The translations under genes were made by a program, and so were the position numbers. A DNA stretch of 64,000 nt, taken from the IMG/VR virus record IMGVR_UViG_3300025133_000024. One strand, given 5' to 3'. Of this stretch, positions 28,625 to 36,329 are shown one piece after another. The first letter of the stretch is position 1, and each line of letters begins with the position of its first letter. The notes below the pieces were generated by a model. It saw only the letters and a list, made by a program, of their open reading frames with translations. It searched no databases and had not been told where the DNA came from. Source of the DNA: a virus.

Positions 28625-29026
28625 TTATAAAACCATCCTTTTTATAATTTGGTTACTGGAGGAATAGAAAATCTTTTTTATCCCCATTTTTTTTGCAAAA
28701 GAAACGCACATTTCACAAGGCTTCGAGTTTTTTAATTCTCCTTTGTCATTTATTCTCAACACAAACAACACACAACCAGATAAATCACGAGGCTGGTTTA
28801 ACAAACAACCAATTTCTGCATGTTTTGTTGGTATGCCAGGGGTTTGACGGTATTTATATAAAAAATGGCAATGTTGAAGTTTGTTATGTGAACTAGAAAC
28901 AACATTGCCATTTTTTATTAATAAAGCTCCATGTCTGAACTTGGGGAAGATGCTTTTTTGGGCTTCACGTTTTGCTAATCGAATATACCGTCTTATTCTT
29001 TTCGACGAAGGAACAATATCATCCAT
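28625..29026 (-). CDS. Zn-dependent CMP/dCMP deaminase-family protein
   Basis: HGA, HAE, PCEMC, GIKKIFYS. Confidence 0.88.
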   Translation of the reverse strand: MDDIVPSSKRIRRYIRLAKREAQKSIFPKFRHGALLIKNGNVVSSSHNKLQHCHFLYKYRQTPGIPTKHAEIGCLLNQPRDLSGCVLFVLRINDKGELKNSKPCEMCVSFAKKMGIKKIFYSSSNQIIKRMVL

Positions 29027-29136
29027 TAACTTTCCTCAAAAATATCGAAAATCTCTTCAATTTTGTCCGAATCACTCATTGCACTTTTTATTTTAACTTT
29101 GGTTCCGACTTCGAATTTTCTTTTCTTTTTTGCCAT
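29026..29136 (-). pseudogene. Truncated SH3/KOW-like mini-gene (36 aa)
   Basis: My translation MAKKKRKFEVGTKVKIKS...* stops after the first strand. Confidence 0.4.
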
Positions 29137-29145
29137 GAAAGTTTC

Positions 29146-29643
29146 CTACCATTCCTCAGTATAAAATTCTTCTTTCACTTCACCTTCCATCTCTTTTTCC
29201 GTCAACTTTGCCCCTTTCGACAAACGAGTTGAGACTGATTCTGTCTTTGTTATTGTTGGTGTCTTAAGACCAATTGTTTGTTCAACTCCAATCTTGTCCA
29301 TATGTTTTCGAACAAGCGCTTTGCTAATCTGAGCGTGTCTTTCTTCGGAGCGTTGTCTTCTTCTTTCTCCTCTTCTTATCTCTCCATCTGTTAGTTCAAC
29401 CATTGGGAGAACCTCAGATTCAATAAGTTCGAGTTTTACCACTTCATGAGTCTCTTTTGTGTATGGCAACGCTCCAGTGTTATAAGCAATATGAGCCTTG
29501 ATTCTTGCAATAGAAGAATATAATTTGCAAGATTCTATTGGTTTCTCTTTGGGATTTGCTCCAGATTCATAATAAACATCCGAACCCTTTTTCCTAATAA
29601 CATAAAAATATGTCTTTCCATCTTTTGATTTCTTTCTAGCCAT
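29146..29643 (-). CDS. Hypothetical basic protein
   Basis: 165-aa ORF in operon. Confidence 0.65.
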   Translation of the reverse strand: MARKKSKDGKTYFYVIRKKGSDVYYESGANPKEKPIESCKLYSSIARIKAHIAYNTGALPYTKETHEVVKLELIESEVLPMVELTDGEIRRGERRRQRSEERHAQISKALVRKHMDKIGVEQTIGLKTPTITKTESVSTRLSKGAKLTEKEMEGEVKEEFYTEEW

Positions 29644-29975
29644 TATTCATTTTCCTCTAAAATTTCTTCAACATCAAAACCCACAGAATCATCACTATGC
29701 AAAGCGATGTTCAGCATTCCATGAAGTTCTGCAAATAGTTCATAAGCTGAATCTAAATCTTCCTCCAAAAGAGAATCAAACATTGATTTAATGTGGCTTC
29801 TGCTTGCTTCATAAGAATCAAAACTTTCATTCAACTCTGTCATAAATTCAATTGACTCTTCACTGTCACCTTCAAGTGTTTCGACGATAGAGTCAATCAA
29901 CAACTCTCTATCAACTGATAGCGACACTTCATCATTCAACGGAAAATTAAATTTCATTCTTTGTTCCCTTTTCAT
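29643..29975 (-). CDS. Hypothetical acidic protein
   Basis: 110-aa D/E-rich ORF. Confidence 0.65.
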   Translation of the reverse strand: MKREQRMKFNFPLNDEVSLSVDRELLIDSIVETLEGDSEESIEFMTELNESFDSYEASRSHIKSMFDSLLEEDLDSAYELFAELHGMLNIALHSDDSVGFDVEEILEENE

Positions 29976-30091
29976 TTGTTACTTAATTTGTCAACTGTTT
30001 TAATTAAAAAATACCCTAAAAATGCAAGAAGGAGAAAATAAGGTGTCACTGGTGCTGCTTTGATTGCCATCGCTTTTGCTAATTCCAACAT
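29972..30091 (-). CDS. 39-aa single-TM peptide
   Basis: My translation MLELAKAMAIKAAPVTPYFLLLAFLGYFLIKTVDKLSNK; strong RBS AGAAGGAG; ATGA overlap with next gene. Confidence 0.65.
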   Translation of the reverse strand: MLELAKAMAIKAAPVTPYFLLLAFLGYFLIKTVDKLSNK

Positions 30092-30107
30092 CTTATTTTC
30101 TCCTTCT
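30027..30107. repeat. Perfect 16-bp inverted repeat (RBS / anti-RBS)
   Basis: agaaggagaaaataag at 30027-30042 and its complement at 30092-30107. Confidence 0.9.
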
Positions 30108-30174
30108 GTTATTTTTTTTGCCTTGCGATTATTGCACAAAACCTGTACAAATGCCCCCTTTAGTAACTTTTTCT

Positions 30175-30203
30175 ATCTTAACAGACTTGGAGGGCTTTGT
30201 CAA
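30175..30203 (-). promoter_or_regulatory. Sigma70-type (early) promoter
   Basis: TTGACA, 17 bp, TAAGAT. Confidence 0.75.
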
Positions 30204-30213
30204 GACACATTTT

Positions 30214-30432
30214 TTAACTACCCGGTCCATTATCACCTCCACTTGAAACATTGATTTGTTGAAAAAAGACAACCCCACCAAGTAATACACCAAATGCAGA
30301 ATATGCCCAAAAATACCAAACTTCGTTTATTTCAAATGCTTCCACAAGAGAGAACTTTAAAATTCCCCCAAGAAAAATATAAAACACAAACAAAAATATG
30401 ATGTAAAAAGTATTGATTACTAAACTCTTCAT
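30214..30432 (-). CDS. Two-TM membrane protein
   Basis: Two hydrophobic segments. Confidence 0.6.
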   Translation of the reverse strand: MKSLVINTFYIIFLFVFYIFLGGILKFSLVEAFEINEVWYFWAYSAFGVLLGGVVFFQQINVSSGGDNGPGS

Positions 30433-30965
30433 TATTCGCTTTCTCCATTTAAAAGTTTTTTGGCTCTTTCATATTCTCTATCAAATGAACTAAAAATGTC
30501 TTTCACAAAATTAACAACATATGACCAAATAGATAAGAGATATGGTTTTATAAACTCAATAATCACAATCAACAACCATGCACTTACAGCCAAATAAATC
30601 TTTTCCCTGACGTAGGTGTTTTGAAGATTTAAGTCTCTTGTTGATTGTCCGTCAATGACTCTCTTTTTCAGTTCTGATTGATAATGTTTAAAAACCAAAT
30701 AAAACCCTATTCCCAGGTAAACAAACAATGCCAACAAATGAAAACCAAGTGATAACCACGAAGAAGGAAAGAATGATGTTCCAACAAACATTGTTAAGAA
30801 AGAGACTGAGGCAATGGAGAATGTGACTGAGAATAGGGTTTGAGGGTCAGTATAAGAAAAATAATATGTGTAATAAAAACAAATGATTAAACAGAAAATC
30901 AATATAAAATTCAATATCATTTGTTTTTCCCTTGCATTGTTTTGGCAATAATAAAAAAGGCACAC
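30432..30965 (-). CDS. Multi-TM membrane protein
   Basis: About four hydrophobic segments. Confidence 0.65.
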   Translation of the reverse strand: MCLFYYCQNNAREKQMILNFILIFCLIICFYYTYYFSYTDPQTLFSVTFSIASVSFLTMFVGTSFFPSSWLSLGFHLLALFVYLGIGFYLVFKHYQSELKKRVIDGQSTRDLNLQNTYVREKIYLAVSAWLLIVIIEFIKPYLLSIWSYVVNFVKDIFSSFDREYERAKKLLNGESE

Positions 30966-31023
30966 AAGATACTAATAATTGAGATTACAAGTTTTGTATC
31001 TTCATATGTTCCAAAATAAAACA

Positions 31024-31290
31024 TTATTTCACCTCATCATGGTAATAAAGAATTGCCGAATAAACCTGTCCCTTGTTTTCTTGAAACATAATATCAGAAA
31101 CATTGTGATTTCCAATAAACGAACAAACTTGTCTATTAAACTCTGCCCATGTTTTCGAATTATTAAAAATGACCTTGACTTTTTGATTTCGATATGTTGG
31201 AGTTGCAGGTTCATCAGAAACAATGCACTTTGCAATTTGCTTCATTTTTTTCCAAACTCTCTTTATGATTCTTCCAGGGGAAAACTTCAT
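31024..31290 (-). CDS. Hypothetical protein
   Basis: 88-aa ORF coupled to upstream gene. Confidence 0.55.
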   Translation of the reverse strand: MKFSPGRIIKRVWKKMKQIAKCIVSDEPATPTYRNQKVKVIFNNSKTWAEFNRQVCSFIGNHNVSDIMFQENKGQVYSAILYYHDEVK

Positions 31291-31469
31291 TTTCTCTCTC
31301 CTTCTTCTCTATATTTTCTTAAAATTTTTCCTGTTCTTGGTCCACGAGAAACTCTATGTGTAAAGTTGGAATTGTTGTTTGTAACAATGATAAAACAAAC
31401 TTCCAAAACCAACCATGTTATAACAAGAGCAATTCCAAAACCAATGATAAACCAATAATTTTCTGTCAT
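31287..31469 (-). CDS. Single-TM protein
   Basis: WFIIGFGIALVITWLVLEVCFIIV. Confidence 0.55.
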   Translation of the reverse strand: MTENYWFIIGFGIALVITWLVLEVCFIIVTNNNSNFTHRVSRGPRTGKILRKYREEGERK

Positions 31470-31708
31470 CGTTTTTCTTCAAAAACAACAAACGCTGAGA
31501 ACATGGTTGGAGACATTGTTCCAGGAACTGGTTGATGAATCCACTTTTCAATACTTTTCAAAACCATCTTTTTTTCTTCAAAATGCCTTTGAAACCTCTT
31601 CATTTCCACAGAAAAGATTTCAATTTTGGCAAAAGGAATGTAAATTTTTTCCTGTTTTTTCTTTCCAATGAACAAAAACTTTACAACCCAAATAATCAAA
31701 CGAAACAT
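31466..31708 (-). CDS. Hypothetical protein
   Basis: 80-aa ORF, coupled. Confidence 0.55.
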   Translation of the reverse strand: MFRLIIWVVKFLFIGKKKQEKIYIPFAKIEIFSVEMKRFQRHFEEKKMVLKSIEKWIHQPVPGTMSPTMFSAFVVFEEKR

Positions 31709-31711
31709 CTT

Positions 31712-32020
31712 TTACTCTCCTTCTTTGTCATAATAACTTTCCAAAACCTTCTCCAAATCAAACAAAACTTCCTCAGCTTTGGTATTCTGCTCTCCTTCTT
31801 CCAAAAGTTCTAAAATCACGTCAATGGCTTCTTTAATATCAACAAGTTCATCTCTTGTGTTTAATCTGTTTTTTAATGTTTGATTATCCGTCTTAATACC
31901 AAGTGTATCAATCTTGTCCCCAAGTTTCGCAATAATGTCAGCTTCAAGAGAAAAAGATAGCCCAAAATGGAGCAACATAATAATCACTAACAAAACAACA
32001 ACAGTAGTTTGAAAACCCAT
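31712..32020 (-). CDS. N-terminal TM / signal-anchored coiled-coil protein
   Basis: TTVVVLLVIIMLLHFGL then helical acidic region. Confidence 0.6.
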   Translation of the reverse strand: MGFQTTVVVLLVIIMLLHFGLSFSLEADIIAKLGDKIDTLGIKTDNQTLKNRLNTRDELVDIKEAIDVILELLEEGEQNTKAEEVLFDLEKVLESYYDKEGE

Positions 32021-32023
32021 ATC

Positions 32024-32278
32024 TTAAAACTCCCAATTTTTAAAATGCTCATCAAGTGACTCATGATAAAACTTTGCATAACTTTCCCCTGCTAATACAG
32101 GAACATCATCGTCAATTTCTAATGTACAAACAATATCGTTTAAAATTTGTTCCTCTTTTTCGGTTAATGTTGTTTCCTTCCCATCAGTAACATCCGAAAG
32201 AAATTCAAACAAAACCATTTTCTCCAAAGATGTCAAATTAAGACTCATCTTCATCACCTTCTTCATAAAAATTATCAA
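32024..32278 (-). CDS. Hypothetical acidic protein
   Basis: 84-aa ORF. Confidence 0.55.
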   Translation of the reverse strand: MIIFMKKVMKMSLNLTSLEKMVLFEFLSDVTDGKETTLTEKEEQILNDIVCTLEIDDDVPVLAGESYAKFYHESLDEHFKNWEF

Positions 32279-32479
32279 CCAAATTAGAAATTGATTCTAC
32301 CAATTCTTCAGCTTGTATCTTCTAATTCTTTTTTCATTTCACGATGAGTTGGGAGAGTTACATTAAAAACAAACCAAGTGCGATTACTGTTAAAAACCAA
32401 ATCCAAAAAACGGTATCAAATGACCAATCAATCTTAGATTTTTCTTTCATGTGGGGCTCCTGAGGGGTGATTTTCTTTT

Positions 32480-33607
32480 TTATGTTTTCAAAACAGTTTC
32501 TTCATCTTCATCCAACTTATAGAATCTCTCTACGTCACCTTCTCCTTGGTTGAATTTCTCGATTACTTCTTCGTCCATGATTCTCAAAACAACCTCTTTA
32601 AATTCAGGTTCTTCTAAAATCTTTTCTTTAAATCCTGCTGAGCGAAAGGTGTATTCCGTTTCCTTAACCACATCTTGAATCTTCCACCAACCACCTGAAG
32701 TTACATGTTCAGACTCTTTTATTGCCTCAAGCCAACTTTGTTCATCCATGATTCCAATGTTGTCATAATCTCCCCAGACAATATTAAACGAGCATACTCT
32801 ATTTTGTGTTCCAAAACGACTTTTTTGTAGTTTTGCTTTTACTTCATTTCCAACATCATAACCTTTGTCTCCTTGGATTCTTGCTGCTTTGGACTTTCTC
32901 GCTGTTAACCAAATCCTTAGAGAATAAGCGTAAATAAGAGATTTTCCTCCAGGTGTGACCCAAGGTTCCATCATCATTTTGATTCTAGCACCGGGACCAG
33001 TTGCAATATTTGTTTTTAGTTGATTTAGAATCACAAAAGCAGATTGAGATTCAGCAATCGGAAGAAGAAGTTTTGATAGACCCTTTGATAAAATTCTTGG
33101 CTTTAAAGCCATTGAAGAAGTGGGATTAAAATCACTTTCTAAATCAGTTTCACATGGAGTAAAAGCCAATGAATCCCAGATAAAAAGGTTATGGCTGCTG
33201 TTTGCCATGATTGTTTCGATAGTTTCTAAAACATTTTCAACACTTTTTGCAGGAACATAAAGGAAGTTATCTAAGTCACATCCAGCTTTTTCAAGGAAAA
33301 CAGAATCAATTGCCATTTCAGAATCAAAATAAATTACATTATAATCCTTTTTTTGGGCGTTTATAGCAATTTGCATAGCCATGTAAGACTTGCCAACACC
33401 ACTTTCACCAGCAATCTCCGTTATTTTTCCAACAGGAATGCCAGCCAACCTTCCTTTACAAATACTTGCATCTAACCATCTTGAACCTGTTGGAATCCAA
33501 TCTTTGACATCTGTTGGATTGTTTTCATTTAGATTATAACCTTTAAAGCCTTTGTGAGACTTTGATAATAGTGAACTTAAATCTTTAACATTAATTTTTC
33601 CAGACAT
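32480..33607 (-). CDS. recA: RecA/UvsX recombinase
   Basis: IPTGS, GKITEIAGESGVGKS, YFDSE, IWDSLA, LNQLK, TPGGKSL. Confidence 0.95.
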   Translation of the reverse strand: MSGKINVKDLSSLLSKSHKGFKGYNLNENNPTDVKDWIPTGSRWLDASICKGRLAGIPVGKITEIAGESGVGKSYMAMQIAINAQKKDYNVIYFDSEMAIDSVFLEKAGCDLDNFLYVPAKSVENVLETIETIMANSSHNLFIWDSLAFTPCETDLESDFNPTSSMALKPRILSKGLSKLLLPIAESQSAFVILNQLKTNIATGPGARIKMMMEPWVTPGGKSLIYAYSLRIWLTARKSKAARIQGDKGYDVGNEVKAKLQKSRFGTQNRVCSFNIVWGDYDNIGIMDEQSWLEAIKESEHVTSGGWWKIQDVVKETEYTFRSAGFKEKILEEPEFKEVVLRIMDEEVIEKFNQGEGDVERFYKLDEDEETVLKT

Positions 33608-33648
33608 TAAATAAAACCTTTATACAAAAAAATAATACATACAAAAAA

Positions 33649-33719
33649 CGTCGGAACTAGGACTTGAGCCTAGAAAACTTGATTAACAGTCAAACATAAT
33701 ACCATTTCATCATTCCGAC
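33649..33719 (-). tRNA. trnN: tRNA-Asn(GUU), atypical T-loop, no encoded CCA
   Basis: Acceptor GTCGGAA/TTCCGAC, anticodon arm TTTGA-CTGTTAA-TCAAG, T arm CTAGG-CTCAAGT-CCTAG. Confidence 0.85.
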
Positions 33720-33723
33720 ATAA

Positions 33724-33794
33724 AGCGAAAGAAGGGATTTGAACCCTAATTTTCAGGGTGGAAACCTGATGCTCTACCATTGAACTACTTTCGC
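33724..33794 (-). tRNA. trnG: tRNA-Gly(UCC)
   Basis: Acceptor GCGAAAG/CTTTCGC, anticodon arm TCAGG-TTTCCAC-CCTGA, TTCAAAT loop. Confidence 0.9.
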
Positions 33795-33797
33795 CAA

Positions 33798-33870
33798 AGC
33801 TGGTAATAGGACTTGAACCTACAACCTTTTCCTTACAAGGGAATTGCTCTTCCAATTGAGCTATACCAGC
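33798..33870 (-). tRNA. trnT: tRNA-Thr(UGU)
   Basis: Acceptor GCTGGTA/TACCAGC, D arm GCTC/GAGC, anticodon loop CTTGTAA, TTCAAGT loop. Confidence 0.92.
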
Positions 33871-33924
33871 AAAAAAAAGCCCACGTTGTTAAAGATCATA
33901 GGAAAAAGTTAACAACGTGGGCAA
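33871..33924 (-). terminator. 14-bp-stem terminator with embedded promoter for the tRNA cluster
   Basis: IR gcccacgttgttaa (33879-33892)/(33909-33922) followed by T8; TTGCCC, 18 bp, TATGAT with the -10 in the loop. Confidence 0.7.
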
Positions 33925-33961
33925 ATAATAAACAATTTAAGTTTTCATAAATCAACAATGA

Positions 33962-34816
33962 TTAAAAAGGAATATCTTCGTCATCTGGTGCTTTTGCTTT
34001 CGCATCGTCAAACTTTTTTTGAAGCTCTTCTTTTGACCTGGAGCCATATTTTTTACTTTCTTTGTCAGACTTTTCTTCCAAAAGGTGAGAGTATTTTTTA
34101 GCCATAAAGGTTTCCAAAATGCTATTGCATTGAGCAGTAGTTACGCGACGAAAAATATCATCAGGATTGGGGATTGCATCTTGAAGTGCAGCACAATCTT
34201 TTTCTAGTTCTGGAGGGCATAACTTTGTTTTTGTTGGACGACCACCGACATTGGTGATTTTGAAACTTTGTCCTGTATTAGGGTTTCGTTTCATTTCGGC
34301 TGTGACTTTTACATCATGAGCTTTTTCACCAACAAAATCACCCCATTCATCATTTAGAACAAAATCTTGAACAAGTTCACTAAAAGTATCGTTACTAACA
34401 GACCAAAGTTTAGGTCCATCACTTTCACGACCTCTTTCAAGACCAGCAAAAATGAATCTCTGCGTGGGCCAGAGTTTTTTGGCTAGATTTTTATGTTCTT
34501 CAGTTGATTCATCATCATTCCAAAGTTCATTTGCCCATTTATGAATGGGATTGTCTTCGCCAAAATTTCTCCAGGGACATAGAAACGGACTGTCTTTACC
34601 TCTTTCAGAACCATCATCTTCAACATCCAAGCCATAATGAATCGAATATTCCTTAAACAATTCACCGTCTGGGAAGGCTAGTAAACGAAAATACTTGGTT
34701 TCATCTTTTGATGACCAAAACCAATCTTTGTTTCCACCTCCGCCTGTGGCTTTTGTTGTTTTGTTTTGCTTAAAACTGTTAAACTTCTCTTTAAGAGAAT
34801 CTACATTAAAATTCAT
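33962..34816 (-). CDS. gp32-like single-stranded DNA-binding protein
   Basis: FRLL.FP, HYG, CP..FGEDNP, PKLWS, acidic tail ending DDEDIPF. Confidence 0.85.
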   Translation of the reverse strand: MNFNVDSLKEKFNSFKQNKTTKATGGGGNKDWFWSSKDETKYFRLLAFPDGELFKEYSIHYGLDVEDDGSERGKDSPFLCPWRNFGEDNPIHKWANELWNDDESTEEHKNLAKKLWPTQRFIFAGLERGRESDGPKLWSVSNDTFSELVQDFVLNDEWGDFVGEKAHDVKVTAEMKRNPNTGQSFKITNVGGRPTKTKLCPPELEKDCAALQDAIPNPDDIFRRVTTAQCNSILETFMAKKYSHLLEEKSDKESKKYGSRSKEELQKKFDDAKAKAPDDEDIPF

Positions 34817-34868
34817 AACACATTACCTCAATAAAAATCTATACAGAGAAAAAATACACATAAAAGAA

Positions 34869-34924
34869 CAATTCCCTTGCAACATTATAAGGCGAGCGAG
34901 GAGAATAATGTTGCAAGGGAATTG
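34869..34924. repeat. Perfect 20-bp inverted repeat upstream of SSB
   Basis: caattcccttgcaacattat (34869-34888), 16-nt spacer, complement (34905-34924). Confidence 0.92.
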
Positions 34925-34942
34925 AAAATTAAAGTTTAATGA

Positions 34943-35263
34943 TTATCCCATGTAGCGAGTTTTAAACTCATCAACAGGAATGGGGCTTTCTGTGGAAATC
35001 GAACCTTGAAGGGTGCTTCGGTTAAAAATTCGAATCTCTCTGTTCTCAACATCCCACACAAGCTCTTGACCTTCTTTCAGGTTTCGAGAAGATGCGCGGG
35101 GAGACATGATTTGTCGGTTGACCAAAGTGTCAAAAGGAACATAACGCATGGTCCGAAGAGAACCATCTTGCTTGGTAAACGAACCTTTATAGACCGTAAT
35201 ACCGTTGTTGGGGTGAGAGTTAGAAGTTTTTCCAGCACCGAAAATGTTTTTAAATAGACCCAT
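34943..35263 (-). CDS. WYL_2/SH3-like small protein
   Basis: FTKQDGSLRTM...LVWDVENREIRIF. Confidence 0.55.
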   Translation of the reverse strand: MGLFKNIFGAGKTSNSHPNNGITVYKGSFTKQDGSLRTMRYVPFDTLVNRQIMSPRASSRNLKEGQELVWDVENREIRIFNRSTLQGSISTESPIPVDEFKTRYMG

Positions 35264-35451
35264 TTTTTTTACCTCTTACAAATTACAAAGTATAAAGTTA
35301 GACACAAATGAAAATAAATGTTTGTTGTTGAAAGAAATGGCTTTTGCGATTCTCCTCATTCACCTTACTACATCTTTTTCCGTCCTTTGCTTTTTTTGTC
35401 CAAAAAAAAATTTCTTCTCTGTCAGTGGCGGTTGTCGCCTTGATGTATACC

Positions 35452-35480
35452 AATATAACACCACCCACTCTCTTTGTCAA
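35452..35480 (-). promoter_or_regulatory. Sigma70-type promoter with extended -10
   Basis: TTGACA, 17 bp, TGtTATATT. Confidence 0.75.
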
Positions 35481-35489
35481 GCACTTTTT

Positions 35490-36329
35490 TTATTTTTTTT
35501 CATATTCCGGCTCAGAGACCTTGCACAGCGCATAACAGTACCGATTTTCAAAGGATGTAGAGTACACACCATACGACATTTTTTTACCCTTTTTCTTCTT
35601 TTTTACAAAAAACTCCTTCACCTCCTTTATCAAACCAAAATTTTCCTCTATCTCTCTCTCAGGAACAATATAAAAATAATAAACCTCCGACTCTCCATCC
35701 AAATTCCACAAAAAAGCTTCTTCTCCACTCAAAGAATCAACCAAACCTAATGAACAAATTCTAAAGTAATCTGTAAAACGTGGAATGTTTCCCATTAAAG
35801 GCTTTTGATTGGATAAATATACAATCCCATTCAATACATTGTATATCTGCTCATTATATTTATCATACCGATTCAATAATGTCAACCCCGAAATAACACC
35901 CTCCAACTCATCCTCACCAAAAATAATAAAATTCGATAATAACCCACTTCTCACATATTCCTGCAAAACACCAAACACAACCCTGTGCTTTAAAGACTCC
36001 TCCTCAGTTAAAGAGGTTAACGAAGGGACCAAATAGACAACATGAGCGGTTTTTGAATTTAATTGGGATAAAACCTTGAGGGATAGCCCTGATATGTCTC
36101 CTGAGCCTCCTATGATGAAAAAAAAATCTTTTTCCTTTTTGATGTTATCTGGGAGGGTGATGTTTGAGTTTTCATAAGATTCATGAGAAGGTTGCTGAGG
36201 GATGTGGATGTGATTTTTGTGTTGATGTGTGTCAGAATCTAACAAATAAATGTTGTAATTGGGTTCGAATAATTTGGTGACTTGACAGGCTGCATTTCCA
36301 AGACCAATGACCGTGTTAATGTTTTTCAT
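35490..36329 (-). CDS. Divergent tubulin/FtsZ (PhuZ-like) protein
   Basis: T1 loop VIGLGNAACQV, LLDSD, variant signature GGSGDISG, YLVP, YDKYN. Confidence 0.7.
   Translation of the reverse strand: MKNINTVIGLGNAACQVTKLFEPNYNIYLLDSDTHQHKNHIHIPQQPSHESYENSNITLPDNIKKEKDFFFIIGGSGDISGLSLKVLSQLNSKTAHVVYLVPSLTSLTEEESLKHRVVFGVLQEYVRSGLLSNFIIFGEDELEGVISGLTLLNRYDKYNEQIYNVLNGIVYLSNQKPLMGNIPRFTDYFRICSLGLVDSLSGEEAFLWNLDGESEVYYFYIVPEREIEENFGLIKEVKEFFVKKKKKGKKMSYGVYSTSFENRYCYALCKVSEPEYEKK

Noticed and set aside
32280-32450. Programmed frameshift extending the 30-aa TM peptide
   Set aside because: The run is only T5 without a canonical slippery heptamer; it could be decay or a sequencing error.
12377-33607. 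Inteins or introns in dnaE, helicase or recA
   Set aside because: Motif spacing is continuous, with no C...HN-(C/S/T) insertions.
33670-33855. 61-aa ORF
   Set aside because: It overlaps three tRNA genes; the frame is incidental.
35298-35480. 60-aa ORF starting at TTG
   Set aside because: Its start codon is the -35 box of a promoter, so it lies upstream of the transcript.
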